64,000 nucleotides of DNA. Source: Thermoplasmata archaeon. Lineage in GTDB: Archaea > Thermoplasmatota > Thermoplasmata > Lutacidiplasmatales > UBA184. The position numbers and the translations under genes were made by a program. Location of the stretch: contig JAKAAX010000007.1 in NCBI GenBank assembly GCA_021802125.1, positions 8,983-72,982 of the forward strand, in the 5' to 3' direction. Under the pieces are notes generated by a model. It had not been told where the DNA came from, ran no database searches, and saw only the letters and a program-made list of their open reading frames with translations. Below are positions 12,001 through 17,176 of this stretch, in pieces. Position 1 is the stretch's first letter; every line of letters starts with the position of its first letter.

Positions 12001-12767
12001 GCCGAGTAGATCCCCCAGCCCGTGGCTGAGACGTCGGAGGAGAAGGCGACGTAGATGTTCCCCGAGGTGTCCTCGGTGATGCTCGGGCCCTGATAGGGCG
12101 CGTTGACCGGCCCACCGCTCGCTTGGCCCGAGACCCCGATGTCGGTGCCCGCGCTATAACCGGTGGATGGGACACCCGGCCCCGCCACGCCACCGCTTCC
12201 TTGGGGAGAGGCGAGGGGTGCGGCCAGCGGGTTGGGGAGAACGGAGTTGAGGGGGGAAGGTGCGGAGGAGCCGGGGGTGGCGGCCACAGGGGCGAGACCC
12301 TTGGAGGCGGTCGAAGGGTCAGGTGCGGGGATCGCGGGAGTGAGCGAGGCGACCGCGGGCGACGAGCTGGTGGGGCCCGACCCCGCCGGCAGGTTCACGC
12401 TGGAGGAGGTCCCTGGCAACCATGGAGCGAGGGCCTGCTCGACCGCAGCCCGCTCGGCCGGGGAGACCGTGGACGGGCCCTGAGCGCCCGTCGTGGACGA
12501 CGGGGCGGTGGGCCCGGATGCTCCAAGCCCGGAGGGGGCCTGGAACGCAGCTCCGTTGGGGGGGGTAGCCGGCGAAAGGTGGAGGGGGCTCGTCGTGGGG
12601 TTGGTTGGGGCGGCCGAGCCCGAGAATGGGACCACGAGGCCCAGGCTCGAGCCCAGGACCAGCGAGACCAGGACGACCAGTAGGGGGACTCCTGTCCGGG
12701 AGATGGCGGCGCGGCCCCCGCGCGCTCCAGCTCCCGACCGAGAGTCTGCAACCCCACGCCGACCCAT
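1..12767 (-). CDS. Giant secreted/cell-surface protein, 5'-complete and 3'-truncated by the window edge (at least 4255 codons). Order: N-terminal signal/anchor helix, P/S/T-rich linker, Cys-rich globular region, then about 35 tandem Ig-like/PKD-like modules.
   Basis: Absent from the supplied ORF track. In the minus frame whose codon first bases fall on coordinates = 2 (mod 3), TAA at 12771-12773 is followed by ATG at 12767. No stop appeared in any stretch I hand-translated down to position 1, and no track ORF uses this frame anywhere in 1-12767. Translation begins MGRRGVADSRSGAGARGGRAAISRTGVPLLVVLVSLVLGSSLGLVVPFSGSAAPTNPTTSPL. Later come repeated VNSALVAGTVTPSSATIDSGQSI.LTS.APSGGTP.YTYAWRSG...YCVQYGDSS modules and LVTVNAALAAGAVSPATPKIDAGQSITLTANPSAGTSPYTYQWYSS...YYCYVVGDSS modules. 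Near position 1 the modules are PKD-like: FDATSAGTYAVQVTVTDSLSGRSTTAVETLTVN. Third codon positions are almost all G/C in this frame. Confidence 0.85.
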   Translation of the reverse strand, partial: MGRRGVADSRSGAGARGGRAAISRTGVPLLVVLVSLVLGSSLGLVVPFSGSAAPTNPTTSPLHLSPATPPNGAAFQAPSGLGASGPTAPSSTTGAQGPSTVSPAERAAVEQALAPWLPGTSSSVNLPAGSGPTSSSPAVASLTPAIPAPDPSTASKGLAPVAATPGSSAPSPLNSVLPNPLAAPLASPQGSGGVAGPGVPSTGYSAGTDIGVSGQASGGPVNAPYQGPSITEDTSGNIYVAFSSDVSATGWGIYSAKSLNGGTSFTVQYIAAAYTGTYCTTGGGSGTCELVSPTIVATPTASDVCIVYLAISSVTTVNYGDYYHTCATNYGGSATTGSWSAATGDTAYGTMCSVGTLWAGFGANFGIVAPVAAFDNAGNLLVGAWGDYPSSTCANFGFMFDVWTSGTTFKATYGYTLTQVGGCATANCYYVGAESLECSLAVASCAVSLGVSDATPANWYQDVIVSTTDFSAITYGPMVVATHAFSTTYNSVPIEAVEGDIAYAPSGTNVALTYILDTTTTPTSFDIQYAYSTNDFASAPTTGPSPDGSVTGAGLSAITVEGAGAAPFVAWQNPSALLVVTAATTPGGAWGTIQTAALGGYEPGMATYLPASAVPPWRDDIVYTTTQTTAQSEYIGLDGPYLTAAATTPTLIDVGEQTSLSATANAGIAAYSYSWAGLPAGCASSNADPLTCAPSSSGTGTFSAIVLTLTDGWGFTAKVTMPTLTVDSALVAGAITPASPTIDNGQTITLVSAASGGTAVYTYQWYTGSACNTAIASATASTYAANPTATTTYSYKVTDTSLGSPNYKCSAGDTVTVNSALAAGAVSPSSATIDSGQSILLTSTSPSGGTPTYTYAWRSGTSSTCASDTAVAGQTTSTYTPAPTVTTDYCVQYGDASAGTPTAVAYSNVVTVTVNSALVAGTVTPSSATIDYGQTITLSSTAPSGGTPTYTYAWRSGASATCTGDTAVSGQTSSTYAVSPTVSTYYCVQYGDSSSGTPAAVAYSNVVLVTVNPTLVAGSVTPASPAIDTGQSITLTSAAPTGGTPSYTYAWRSGTSSTCASDALVSGQTTTTYTISPTAATDYCVQYGDSSVGTPTAVVYSNVVLVTVNSALVAGTVTPSSATIDSGQSILLTSAAPTGGTPSYNYQWRSGASATCTSDTAVSGSTASTYTPSPTTTTYYCVQYGDASLGTPTAVAYSNVVQVTVNTVLVAGAVTPSSAAIDNGQSISLSSSAPTGGTPSYTYAWRAGTSTTCASDAVVSGQTSTSYLPAPTANTYYCVQYGDASQGTPAAVVYSNVVLVTVNPALVAGSVTPASPTIDTGQLIALTSSAPTGGTLSYTYQWRSGTSATCTVDTAVSGQTTSTYSPSPTVATYYCVQFGDSSVGTPTAVAYSNVVLVTVNSALAAGTVTPSSATIDSGQTITLSSTAPSGGTSTYTYAWRSGTSATCTSDTVVSGQTSATYLVSPTASTYYCAQYGDSSVGTPPAVAYSNVVLVTVNPALVAGTVSPASASIDTGQMIALSSTSPSGGTPTYTYAWRAGASATCSSDTAVSGQTTSVYSPSPTSTTYYCVQYGDASQGTPVAVAYSNVVLVTVNAALVAGAVTPSSAAIDTGQTVTLTSSAPTGGTLAYSYEWRSGASTTCSSDTVVAGQTTSTYAPSPTVATDYCVQYGDSSVGTPAAIAYSNVVSVTVNSALVAGTVTPSSATIDTGQSIALTSSAPTGGTPSYTYAWRAGTSTTCTNDAVVSGQTTSTYSPSPTVAADYCVQYGDSSVGTPAAVVYSNVVSVTVNPALVPGSVSPSTVTIDSGQSLVLTANPSGGTTPYTYQWYSSSSSSGSCTAGTAAGTSSSLTVSPTATIYYCYHVGDSSVGSPAAGGASAWQLVTVNGALVAGVVSPSSATIDTGQTITLSSSAPTSGTPTYTYTWRAGTSTTCSSDTLVPSATTTTYSPSPTATTDYCVQYGDSSVGAPAAVAYSNVVLVTVNSALAAGSVTPASPTIDTGQSVVLSSSAPTGGTPTYTYQWRSGTSTTCTSDAVVTGQTSSTYSPAPTGNTYYCVQYGDASAGTPAAVAYSTAVLVTVNPALNPGSVGPAAATIDSGQSITLSANPSGGTVPYAYQWYSSSSNSGTCTLGTVGATTATITVSPTANTYYCYHVGDSSVGTPAASQVSAWSLVTVNPALNVGTVSPSAPSIDSGQSITLTANPSGGTAPYSYQWYSSSSNTGLCAAGTAGPTTATFAVTPAAATYYCYHLTDSSSGTPAASLSSAWDLVTVNVPLVAGTVSPGAPTLDNGQSITLSSAPSGGTPAYHYQWYSASAGTGICTAGTSGPATATFVVSPTANTYYCYHLTDSSSGTPAAGTSSTWALVTVNPALAPGSATPAAPAIDNGQSISLTANPSGGSPTYTYHWYSSASNGGSCSAGTPGGTTATVSVSPTSTLYYCYVVGDSSQGTPAASAVSGWDLVTVNPALVPGAVSPTTPIIDNGQQITLTANPSSGTAAYTYQWYSSSVNTGLCTSGSVAGTSATYLPAPSSNTYYCYVVGDSSVGTPAASAMTSWDLVTVNPALVPGSATPNSPIINAGQAVTLTANPSGGTTAYTYQWYSSPLNTGTCASGTAGPTTSTYTSYPSANTYYCYAVRDASQGSPAALGYSTWDLVTVNGPLVGGSVSPANPFIDAGQSISLGANPSGGTAPYTYIWYSSTSSSGACTAGTPGGTGSPTTVTPTANMYYCYQVTDNTGAIQTSAWDLVTVNAALAAGAVSPATPKIDAGQSITLTANPSAGTSPYTYQWYSSASSSGACSTGTPGGTSSTFATTPAANAYYCYVVGDSSQGTPAASASSGWDLVTVNGALVAGPVSPSAPSIDVGQSLTLTANPSSGTSPYSYQWFTGTACGTSVSGATFATLSVSPGSTTSYSYRVTDSAYSPVSKCSVVDTVTVNVALAAGAVSPSAPVIDSGQSITLASNPSGGTPAYTYLWYSSTTGSGACSSGTSVGGTATVAPSPTSNIYYCYVVGDSAQGSPAASSSTAWSLVTVDPALAAGAVSPPAPAIDSGQSITLTSAPSGGTAPYSVQWYFSTSNSGACSSGTAGPSSTTYAISPTATTYYCYVASDSSQGTPAAISSSAWDLVTVHPKLVAGSATPATPVIDVGQTITLTANPSAGTPAYTYQWYSSSSNTGTCASGTPGPTTSTDGASPASNTYYCYVVGDSSVGSPAASASSSWTLVTVDPALVAGSATPNSPTINSGQSVTLTANPSGGTPAYTYQWYYSLLNTGTCASGTAGATTASYTSSPTVNTYYCYAVGDASQGTPAALGYSAWDLVTVNEPLVGGLVSPASPAIDLGQSISLGANPSGGTAPYTYSWFSSSSNTGICTAGTAGATGSPTTVKPSASTYYCYQVRDNTGATQSSAWDLVTVNPALVAGSATPATPVIDVGQTITLTANPSAGTPAYTYQWYSSSSSSGACSTGTAGGTGATFAPTPAANTYYCYVVGDSSQGTPVASASSGWVLVTVNAALVAGAVTPTAPAIDVGQSLTLTANPSSGTAPYTDHWYSSSTGTGACSSGTAGPSTSTFAASPASSTYYCYVVGDSSVGSPAASASSTWDLLTVDPALTAGGATPSAPVIDAGQSISLTASPTGGTSPYAEQWYSSTSGTGSCWSGTAAGTSATISSSPAASTYYCYVATDASLGTPATNASSPWNLVTVDPALVAGAVTPTLPTIDSGQSVTLTASASGGTPAYTYQWFASSSSSGACSSGTLSGSSLTVTVTPSASTYYCYVAGDASVGTPAAAAPSGWDLVTVNPLPTLTLTRGTPQVDVGETANVTGTVAGGTPGFTCTYYVNGVQQAGSNCLGTAYAATSALTLTINATIVDSLGGRSSSAPVTIVVSIDPTASVSPTTSNIDAGQSATLTPTITGGSSPDTCQWYQNGSAIAGATSCTGYRFVPARGGTYQVGFSATDGATGPLTAWSNATVVALPALVASASPLAVILDMGMSQPFTVTAAGGIAPYTYQWYLNLTPIAGATSASYTFVPTGPGSDRLTVRVADSHSGILWVNVSATVYPSISVAISPSAPSSVAPGASLPFTATSYGGAPPATYLWFVNGAVQSGATGSSFSFSSSTPGTYTVNVTVMDALGHVARSASVPVVVAAPLSASLALSQATVDLGMSAWFNVSVSGGLSPYTLAWTLNGATWTAPGASALSYPFDATSAGTYAVQVTVTDSLSGRSTTAVETLTVNAPPSVALAANTTSTHVGWTVVLTATSSGG
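1395..6534 (-). repeat. In-frame tandem array of about 285-nt (95-aa) Ig-like modules (YTYQWY / YYCYV.GD subtype), about 18 copies.
   Basis: The boundary string gttcaccgtcaccaggtcccac (WDLVTVN on minus) or a variant recurs at about 1395, 1685, 1970, 2258, 2545, 2820, 3110, 3395, 3687, 3965, 4246, 4530, 4806, 5095, 5385, 5668, 5957, 6245 and 6534. Confidence 0.85.
6534..10315 (-). repeat. In-frame tandem array of about 291-nt (97-aa) Ig-like modules (AWRSG / CVQYGD subtype). There are 12 copies plus one intercalated module of the other subtype at 7117-7399.
   Basis: The boundary string gttcacggtcac (VTVN on minus) or a close variant recurs at about 6534, 6826, 7117, 7399, 7693, 7984, 8277, 8566, 8860, 9150, 9440, 9730, 10022 and 10315. 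Copies are similar but not identical at the DNA level. Confidence 0.85.
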
Positions 12768-12898
12768 GACTTAGCAGCACAGTCTATAGTGTGCATGAGT
12801 ATATCGGCCGTTCGTTGCCCCGTCGGGGGTCGGAACGATAAGGAACCTGGGGCCAGGGACCCCCCGGACCCCCGTAGCGAAGTTCACGACTTACTCTC

Positions 12899-12905
12899 TA
12901 AATAG
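12899..12905 (+). promoter_or_regulatory. Candidate TATA box (taaatag) for the IscA-like gene.
   Basis: AT-rich heptamer in GC-rich DNA, centred about 28 nt upstream of ATG 12930. This is the spacing typical of archaeal promoters with short or no leader. Confidence 0.4.
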
Positions 12906-12929
12906 CCCGCACCGCCCTTACCGGTTACT

Positions 12930-13304
12930 ATGTCCGGGTCGCTCATCCAGCTCGGTTCTGACATGCCTCCCCCCGCGGAGGTCCACCTCACGGTCACCCC
13001 CACCGCCCGGGAGCAGCTCCTGAAGCTCAGGAGTCAAGCCCACGCGGAGGGGAAGGGGCTTCGGCTCTTCGTCCAGGGCGGGGGCTGCTCGGGCCTGACC
13101 TACGGGATGCAGTTCGACGACGCCTCGGAAGGCGACCAGGTGCTCGAGGTGGGCGAGGGGCTCAAGGTCCTCGTCGACCAGGCGAGCGCCCCGGTGCTGA
13201 ACGGGATCACCGTGGACTTCCTGCTGTCGCTCGAGGCCTCCGGGTTCAAGATCAAGAACCCGAACGCCAAGAGCACCTGCTCCTGCGGCAAGAGCTTCGC
13301 CTAG
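12930..13304 (+). CDS. A-type Fe-S cluster carrier (HesB/IscA/ErpA family).
   Basis: Track ORF, 124 aa. Contains FVQGGGCSGLTYGMQFD and the C-terminal KSTCSCGKSFA (C-x-C-G-x-SF signature of A-type carriers). Confidence 0.9.
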   Translation: MSGSLIQLGSDMPPPAEVHLTVTPTAREQLLKLRSQAHAEGKGLRLFVQGGGCSGLTYGMQFDDASEGDQVLEVGEGLKVLVDQASAPVLNGITVDFLLSLEASGFKIKNPNAKSTCSCGKSFA

Positions 13305-13322
13305 GTAGCCTCCCGGGCACGC

Positions 13323-13811
13323 ATGGCCGGAGGCCCCCGCCCCGCACCCCTGCACGGGAGGGTGGTCCAGGTCAACGTCTCCCCCCAGGGAGGCCTGCCC
13401 AAGCTTCCCGTCCCCGGCCCGGTCTGGGTCCGTCGTCAGGGTGTGGAGGGCGATCGCAACCGGTACCGTACGGAGAAGCTCGGGGGCGACCCCGACTCGG
13501 CCGTCCTCCTGCTCCCCCTGTCCACCATCTCCGCCCACGCTTCCGCGGGATTCCCGGTCCGACCCGGGTCCATGGGAGAGAACCTCACCATCGAGGGCGT
13601 GTCCGAGGAGCAGTTCCGCCCCGGACAGCGCTGGAGGATGGGGGGCGCCCTCCTGCAGATCTCGCGAGCGTGCACGCCCTGTAACGAGCTCGACGCGTAC
13701 GGGACGGACCTGCGGAAGCGGGCCCTCGGCCTACGAGGATGGTACGCTCGGGTCCTTGAGGAGGGGCCCGTCCAAGCCGGGGATGAGGCCGTGCTAACGG
13801 CTGACGTGTAG
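13323..13811 (+). CDS. MOSC domain protein (YiiM-like).
   Basis: Track ORF, 162 aa. GENLTIEGVSEEQFRPGQRWRMGGALLQISRACTPCNELD matches the MOSC beta-barrel with its conserved Cys. Confidence 0.8.
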   Translation: MAGGPRPAPLHGRVVQVNVSPQGGLPKLPVPGPVWVRRQGVEGDRNRYRTEKLGGDPDSAVLLLPLSTISAHASAGFPVRPGSMGENLTIEGVSEEQFRPGQRWRMGGALLQISRACTPCNELDAYGTDLRKRALGLRGWYARVLEEGPVQAGDEAVLTADV

Positions 13812-13868
13812 CTCTCTGGACAACTTGGTGTTTAAATACCGCGGTGTGGTGATTTTCCCCGAGCGACC

Positions 13869-14339
13869 ATGGTATCCCGTCTCGAGTCCGCAAAGGTCGA
13901 ACCCCAGCCCGCAGCGAGCGCCTTCGGACTGGAGGTCTCGTCGCCCGCCGTCGACCAGATCAAGGGCCTGCTGAAGGTCCAGAAGCCGGGCATGGCCGTC
14001 CGGGTCTTCGTCCAGATGGGCGGAGGCGGCGGTGGCTGCTGCGGCGGCGGATCCGGTCCCGCCTTCGGGATGGCCTTCGACAAGCCGAAGAACGGCGACG
14101 AGGTCGTGAAGGTCGACGGGGTCAACTTCATCGTGGACCCCTACAGCGTCGAGTTCCTGAACGGGGCCCATGTGGACTTCGTGCAGGAGAACGGCGAGTC
14201 CGGCTTCAAGATCAGCAACCCCACCCTCCCGATGAGCGAGGGGGGCAGCGGCGGCGGATGCGGCTCCTGCGGCGCCAGCGCCGACAACGGCGGCGGATGT
14301 GGGTGCGGCTCTGGCGGCGGTGGCTGCGGCTGCGGTTGA
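13869..14339 (+). CDS. Atypical HesB/IscA-like protein with a Gly/Cys-rich insert and a Gly/Cys-rich C-terminal tail.
   Basis: Track ORF, 156 aa. It has an IscA-like scaffold (LEVSSPAVDQIKGLL, VRVFVQ, DGVNFIVDPYSVEFLNGAHVDF, GFKISNP). The usual GGGCSG is replaced by MGGGGGGCCGGGSG, and the usual CxCGxSF end is replaced by GGSGGGCGSCGASADNGGGCGCGSGGGGCGCG. A TATA-like tttaaata lies at 13831-13838. Confidence 0.75.
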   Translation: MVSRLESAKVEPQPAASAFGLEVSSPAVDQIKGLLKVQKPGMAVRVFVQMGGGGGGCCGGGSGPAFGMAFDKPKNGDEVVKVDGVNFIVDPYSVEFLNGAHVDFVQENGESGFKISNPTLPMSEGGSGGGCGSCGASADNGGGCGCGSGGGGCGCG

Positions 14340-14377
14340 ACCCACCCGGTACCCTTCGCGCCGCGAACGCGGCGTTC

Positions 14378-15679
14378 TCAACGGGAGAGCGATAGCTCTC
14401 CCCGCCGGCCTCCGGTCTCCCGGGAGGATTGGGGAGCGGGGGCCACGGGCTCCCAGTGGGGTGTCCGCCAGAAGGTCAGGAGGCCGTAGATCGTCGTCAC
14501 GAAGAGCAGCGAGCTCGCCAGCGGCGCCATGAGGAGCAGGCGGAGCGATCGCTGCCGCGCACAGCGGTAGGAAGCGTAGAGGAAGGCCGCGCCACCGGTA
14601 GCCTCGGCGACGAGCGGGAGGCCACCGACCAGCAGCAAGAGGAGGTGGCCAGAGGAGAACGCGTGGGTCCCGTTCGAGAGGAGGTAGTCGAGGAGCGGGG
14701 GCAGCAACCCCGTGGGCCCTCGACGCAGCGCCAACGGGAGCCGGGTCAAGAGCATGGCCAGCGTGAGGAGCGGGAGCAGGTAGGTCCCGAACAGCTCAAT
14801 CCGGTAGAAGCGCTCCTCCCGGCGCCCCGACCTCTCCCCCGTGAGCTCCTTTCCCAAGCGGATCCACGCGGAGCGCGCCCACCGCACGTTCCGTCGGACG
14901 AGGCCGCGAAAGCTCGAGGGAGCGGGTGATCGTGCGGGAACGTCGTAGGCCTTCACCGCGCGCCAGCCCTCCTCGACCAGATGGCCGGTGAGCAACCAGT
15001 CATCGCCGATGGGGGAGCTCCGCCCCAGCACCTGGAGGTCCAGGAAAGCCGGGGAGAGGACGAAGGACCGGATCGCCTCGGTCCGGTACATGGTGCAGGC
15101 GCCGTCCAGCAGCAGGACGCTCCCGCGCGACGACGTGGCCCGGAGCACCACCTCCCGGCTCCGCTCGACGAACTCGGAGCACGAGGAGACGAGCCCGACC
15201 TCCTGGGGGACCTCGAGGTTGGCGGAGACGCCCCCCACTCCCTCCGAGAAGTGGGAGCGGAGGCTTCCGACGGCCCCCGGCGGCAGCACAGTGTCGCTGT
15301 CGAGCAGCAGGACGAACGGGGTCCGGACCTCCTGGAGGCCCGCCGCGATGGCCGCCTTCTTCCCGGACCGCACGGGCAGGGCGACCAGGCGAGCGCCGTG
15401 CTCGGCGGCGATCGAGGCGCTACCGGCATCCGGCCCGTCGGTCACGACGATCAGGGACGCGCCGGAGCGGTCGATCGAGCTCAGGCAGGCCCGGAAGCGC
15501 TCCGGGTCCTGGAAGAGGACCGGCACGACGACCGTCACTCCCTCCGCCCCTGCGGGGGAGGCTCGGGGCGCGTGAGGTCTCGCGCGCGAGAACCGGGCGT
15601 TGGTCCAAAGGTAGATCGCGGTCAGGACCCCGGAAAGAGAGGACAGGAGAAAGAGGAGCAGCGGCCAGGAGGGTGGCAT
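14378..15679 (-). CDS. Membrane-bound processive family-2 glycosyltransferase (NodC / hyaluronan / chitin-synthase-like).
   Basis: Track ORF, 433 aa. It has an N-terminal TM helix and the motifs VVTDG, LLLDSD (DxD), GACTMYR, GDDWLLT and RRNVRWARS (Q/RxxRW-type), followed by C-terminal TM helices. Confidence 0.85.
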   Translation of the reverse strand: MPPSWPLLLFLLSSLSGVLTAIYLWTNARFSRARPHAPRASPAGAEGVTVVVPVLFQDPERFRACLSSIDRSGASLIVVTDGPDAGSASIAAEHGARLVALPVRSGKKAAIAAGLQEVRTPFVLLLDSDTVLPPGAVGSLRSHFSEGVGGVSANLEVPQEVGLVSSCSEFVERSREVVLRATSSRGSVLLLDGACTMYRTEAIRSFVLSPAFLDLQVLGRSSPIGDDWLLTGHLVEEGWRAVKAYDVPARSPAPSSFRGLVRRNVRWARSAWIRLGKELTGERSGRREERFYRIELFGTYLLPLLTLAMLLTRLPLALRRGPTGLLPPLLDYLLSNGTHAFSSGHLLLLLVGGLPLVAEATGGAAFLYASYRCARQRSLRLLLMAPLASSLLFVTTIYGLLTFWRTPHWEPVAPAPQSSRETGGRRGELSLSR

Positions 15680-15853
15680 CGAGGCCTCCCCCCACGGACC
15701 GGGAGTTCAGCGGATGAGCTTTGGTCCAATGTCGGTGGGGGCCCGAAGGCGCGCCCGAGGTCCGGGTCGCTCACGCGACTTCAGTGCAACCCTTTTTCAT
15801 CTCCTCGGAAATGCCCCACTCTCTCGGACGGAGCTTCCGGAGCGGACGAACTC

Positions 15854-16879
15854 ATGGCGAAGGCCTCTCACAAGTCGAAGAAGGCGGCTAGACCTACCCC
15901 CAAGAAGGCCCCACCCCCCAAGCGAGCATCGCCCCCGAAGCGGGTCCCTCCCCCCAAGAAGAAGGCCGCGCCGCCCAAGCCGGCCCCGGCGAAGCCCTCA
16001 CGACCGGCCCGGCGCCCCTCCAGTCCTGCCGCCGACATGAAGGCCCGTGAGGAGGCCATCCTCGAGAAGGGCAAGGAGCTCGTGACCGCCTACCGCGAGC
16101 TCGCCGACCACCAGCAGGAGTTCGAGTCCCGTCTCCGTCAGCTCGAGACGAAGGAGCACCAGATCGCTTCCCGGGAGTCCAGTTTCTCAACGCTTCAGAA
16201 GAAGCTCGCCGACGCCGGCGTGGTGGAAGCCACGGCCGAGGAGATCGGACGCGCCCGCGACCGCCTGAAGGGCCTCGAGGAGAAGCTCAAGGGCATGCGC
16301 GCCGACGTCGAGAAGGAGAAGCACGAGATCAAGGAGTGGCGCGAGACGCTCGCCGAGCGGGAGGAGAAGCTCGGTCAGTCGGAGAAGGTCCACCTCTCGA
16401 AGGAGAAGGACCTCCTCGAGGAGGAGGAGGGCGTCAACCAGCGGAGGGCCGCTCTCGCCGAGGAAGAGGCGCGCCTACGCAAGATCAACGACGACGCCGT
16501 GCGTGACCTGCACGACCGGGCCTCCCGGCTGGAGGAGCGCGAACGCGCGCTCACGAGCCTTCAGGAGGAGACCGAGCGTAGGCTCGCCGAGTTCACCCAG
16601 CGCGAGTCCGAGATCGCTCGGATCGAGCAGGAGGCGCGCGACCGCCACGCGGAGGCCGAGGCCGCCCACAAGTCCGTCGAAGAGGGGCGCATGGCCCTCG
16701 ACGAGCGCGAGCGGGCCCTGGCGGAGCACGAGTCCACCCTGCTCGGCCACGCGGAGGCCCTTGAGCCCCACGAGCAGGCGCTGGAAGAGGCCGAGACCCA
16801 GGTCCGCACCCATCGGGAGAAGCTGGCCAAGGCGAGGGACGCCCTCAAGACCCACGTCGCCTCGCACCGCAGTGGGTAA
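15854..16879 (+). CDS. Coiled-coil protein with an N-terminal Lys/Pro/Ala-rich basic tail.
   Basis: Internal ATG of track ORF 14981..16879. The upstream 291 codons are antisense to the GT2 gene and read as R/G/P nonsense. From MAKASHKSKKAARPTPKKAPPPKRASPPKRVPPPKKKAAPPKPAPAKP the sequence continues into about 290 aa of E/R/K/L/A heptad-like sequence. Confidence 0.7.
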   Translation: MAKASHKSKKAARPTPKKAPPPKRASPPKRVPPPKKKAAPPKPAPAKPSRPARRPSSPAADMKAREEAILEKGKELVTAYRELADHQQEFESRLRQLETKEHQIASRESSFSTLQKKLADAGVVEATAEEIGRARDRLKGLEEKLKGMRADVEKEKHEIKEWRETLAEREEKLGQSEKVHLSKEKDLLEEEEGVNQRRAALAEEEARLRKINDDAVRDLHDRASRLEERERALTSLQEETERRLAEFTQRESEIARIEQEARDRHAEAEAAHKSVEEGRMALDERERALAEHESTLLGHAEALEPHEQALEEAETQVRTHREKLAKARDALKTHVASHRSG

Positions 16880-17176
16880 CGAGAGACGCCCTGCCCAGGA
16901 CCCGGGCCCCGCCCACAGGGCTGTCCCAGGCGCCCCCGAACGGGAGCCGGACGCTTCATCGCGCACCTTCCGGGGGTCCTCGGTCCCGGGCAGATGGCCC
17001 CACCTTTCAGCTCGAGGGAACCCGCGTTCGGGAACGACGTGGAGCGGGACTCTGTACCCGTCGAGCCGAGGGGCGCGCTCGCCGCCCTTCAATAAACCTT
17101 CGCGCGAGGGCCCGCGAAGGGCCGCCGCATCGCTCGACCAACCTCAGAAATAGCCCTCCTGGCTTCCCCTGGCCAG

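Noticed and set aside
14981-15853. N-terminal 291 codons of track ORF 14981..16879.
   Set aside because: This part is antisense to the well-supported GT2 gene and reads as R/G/P/E-rich nonsense. The coiled-coil protein begins at the ATG at 15854.
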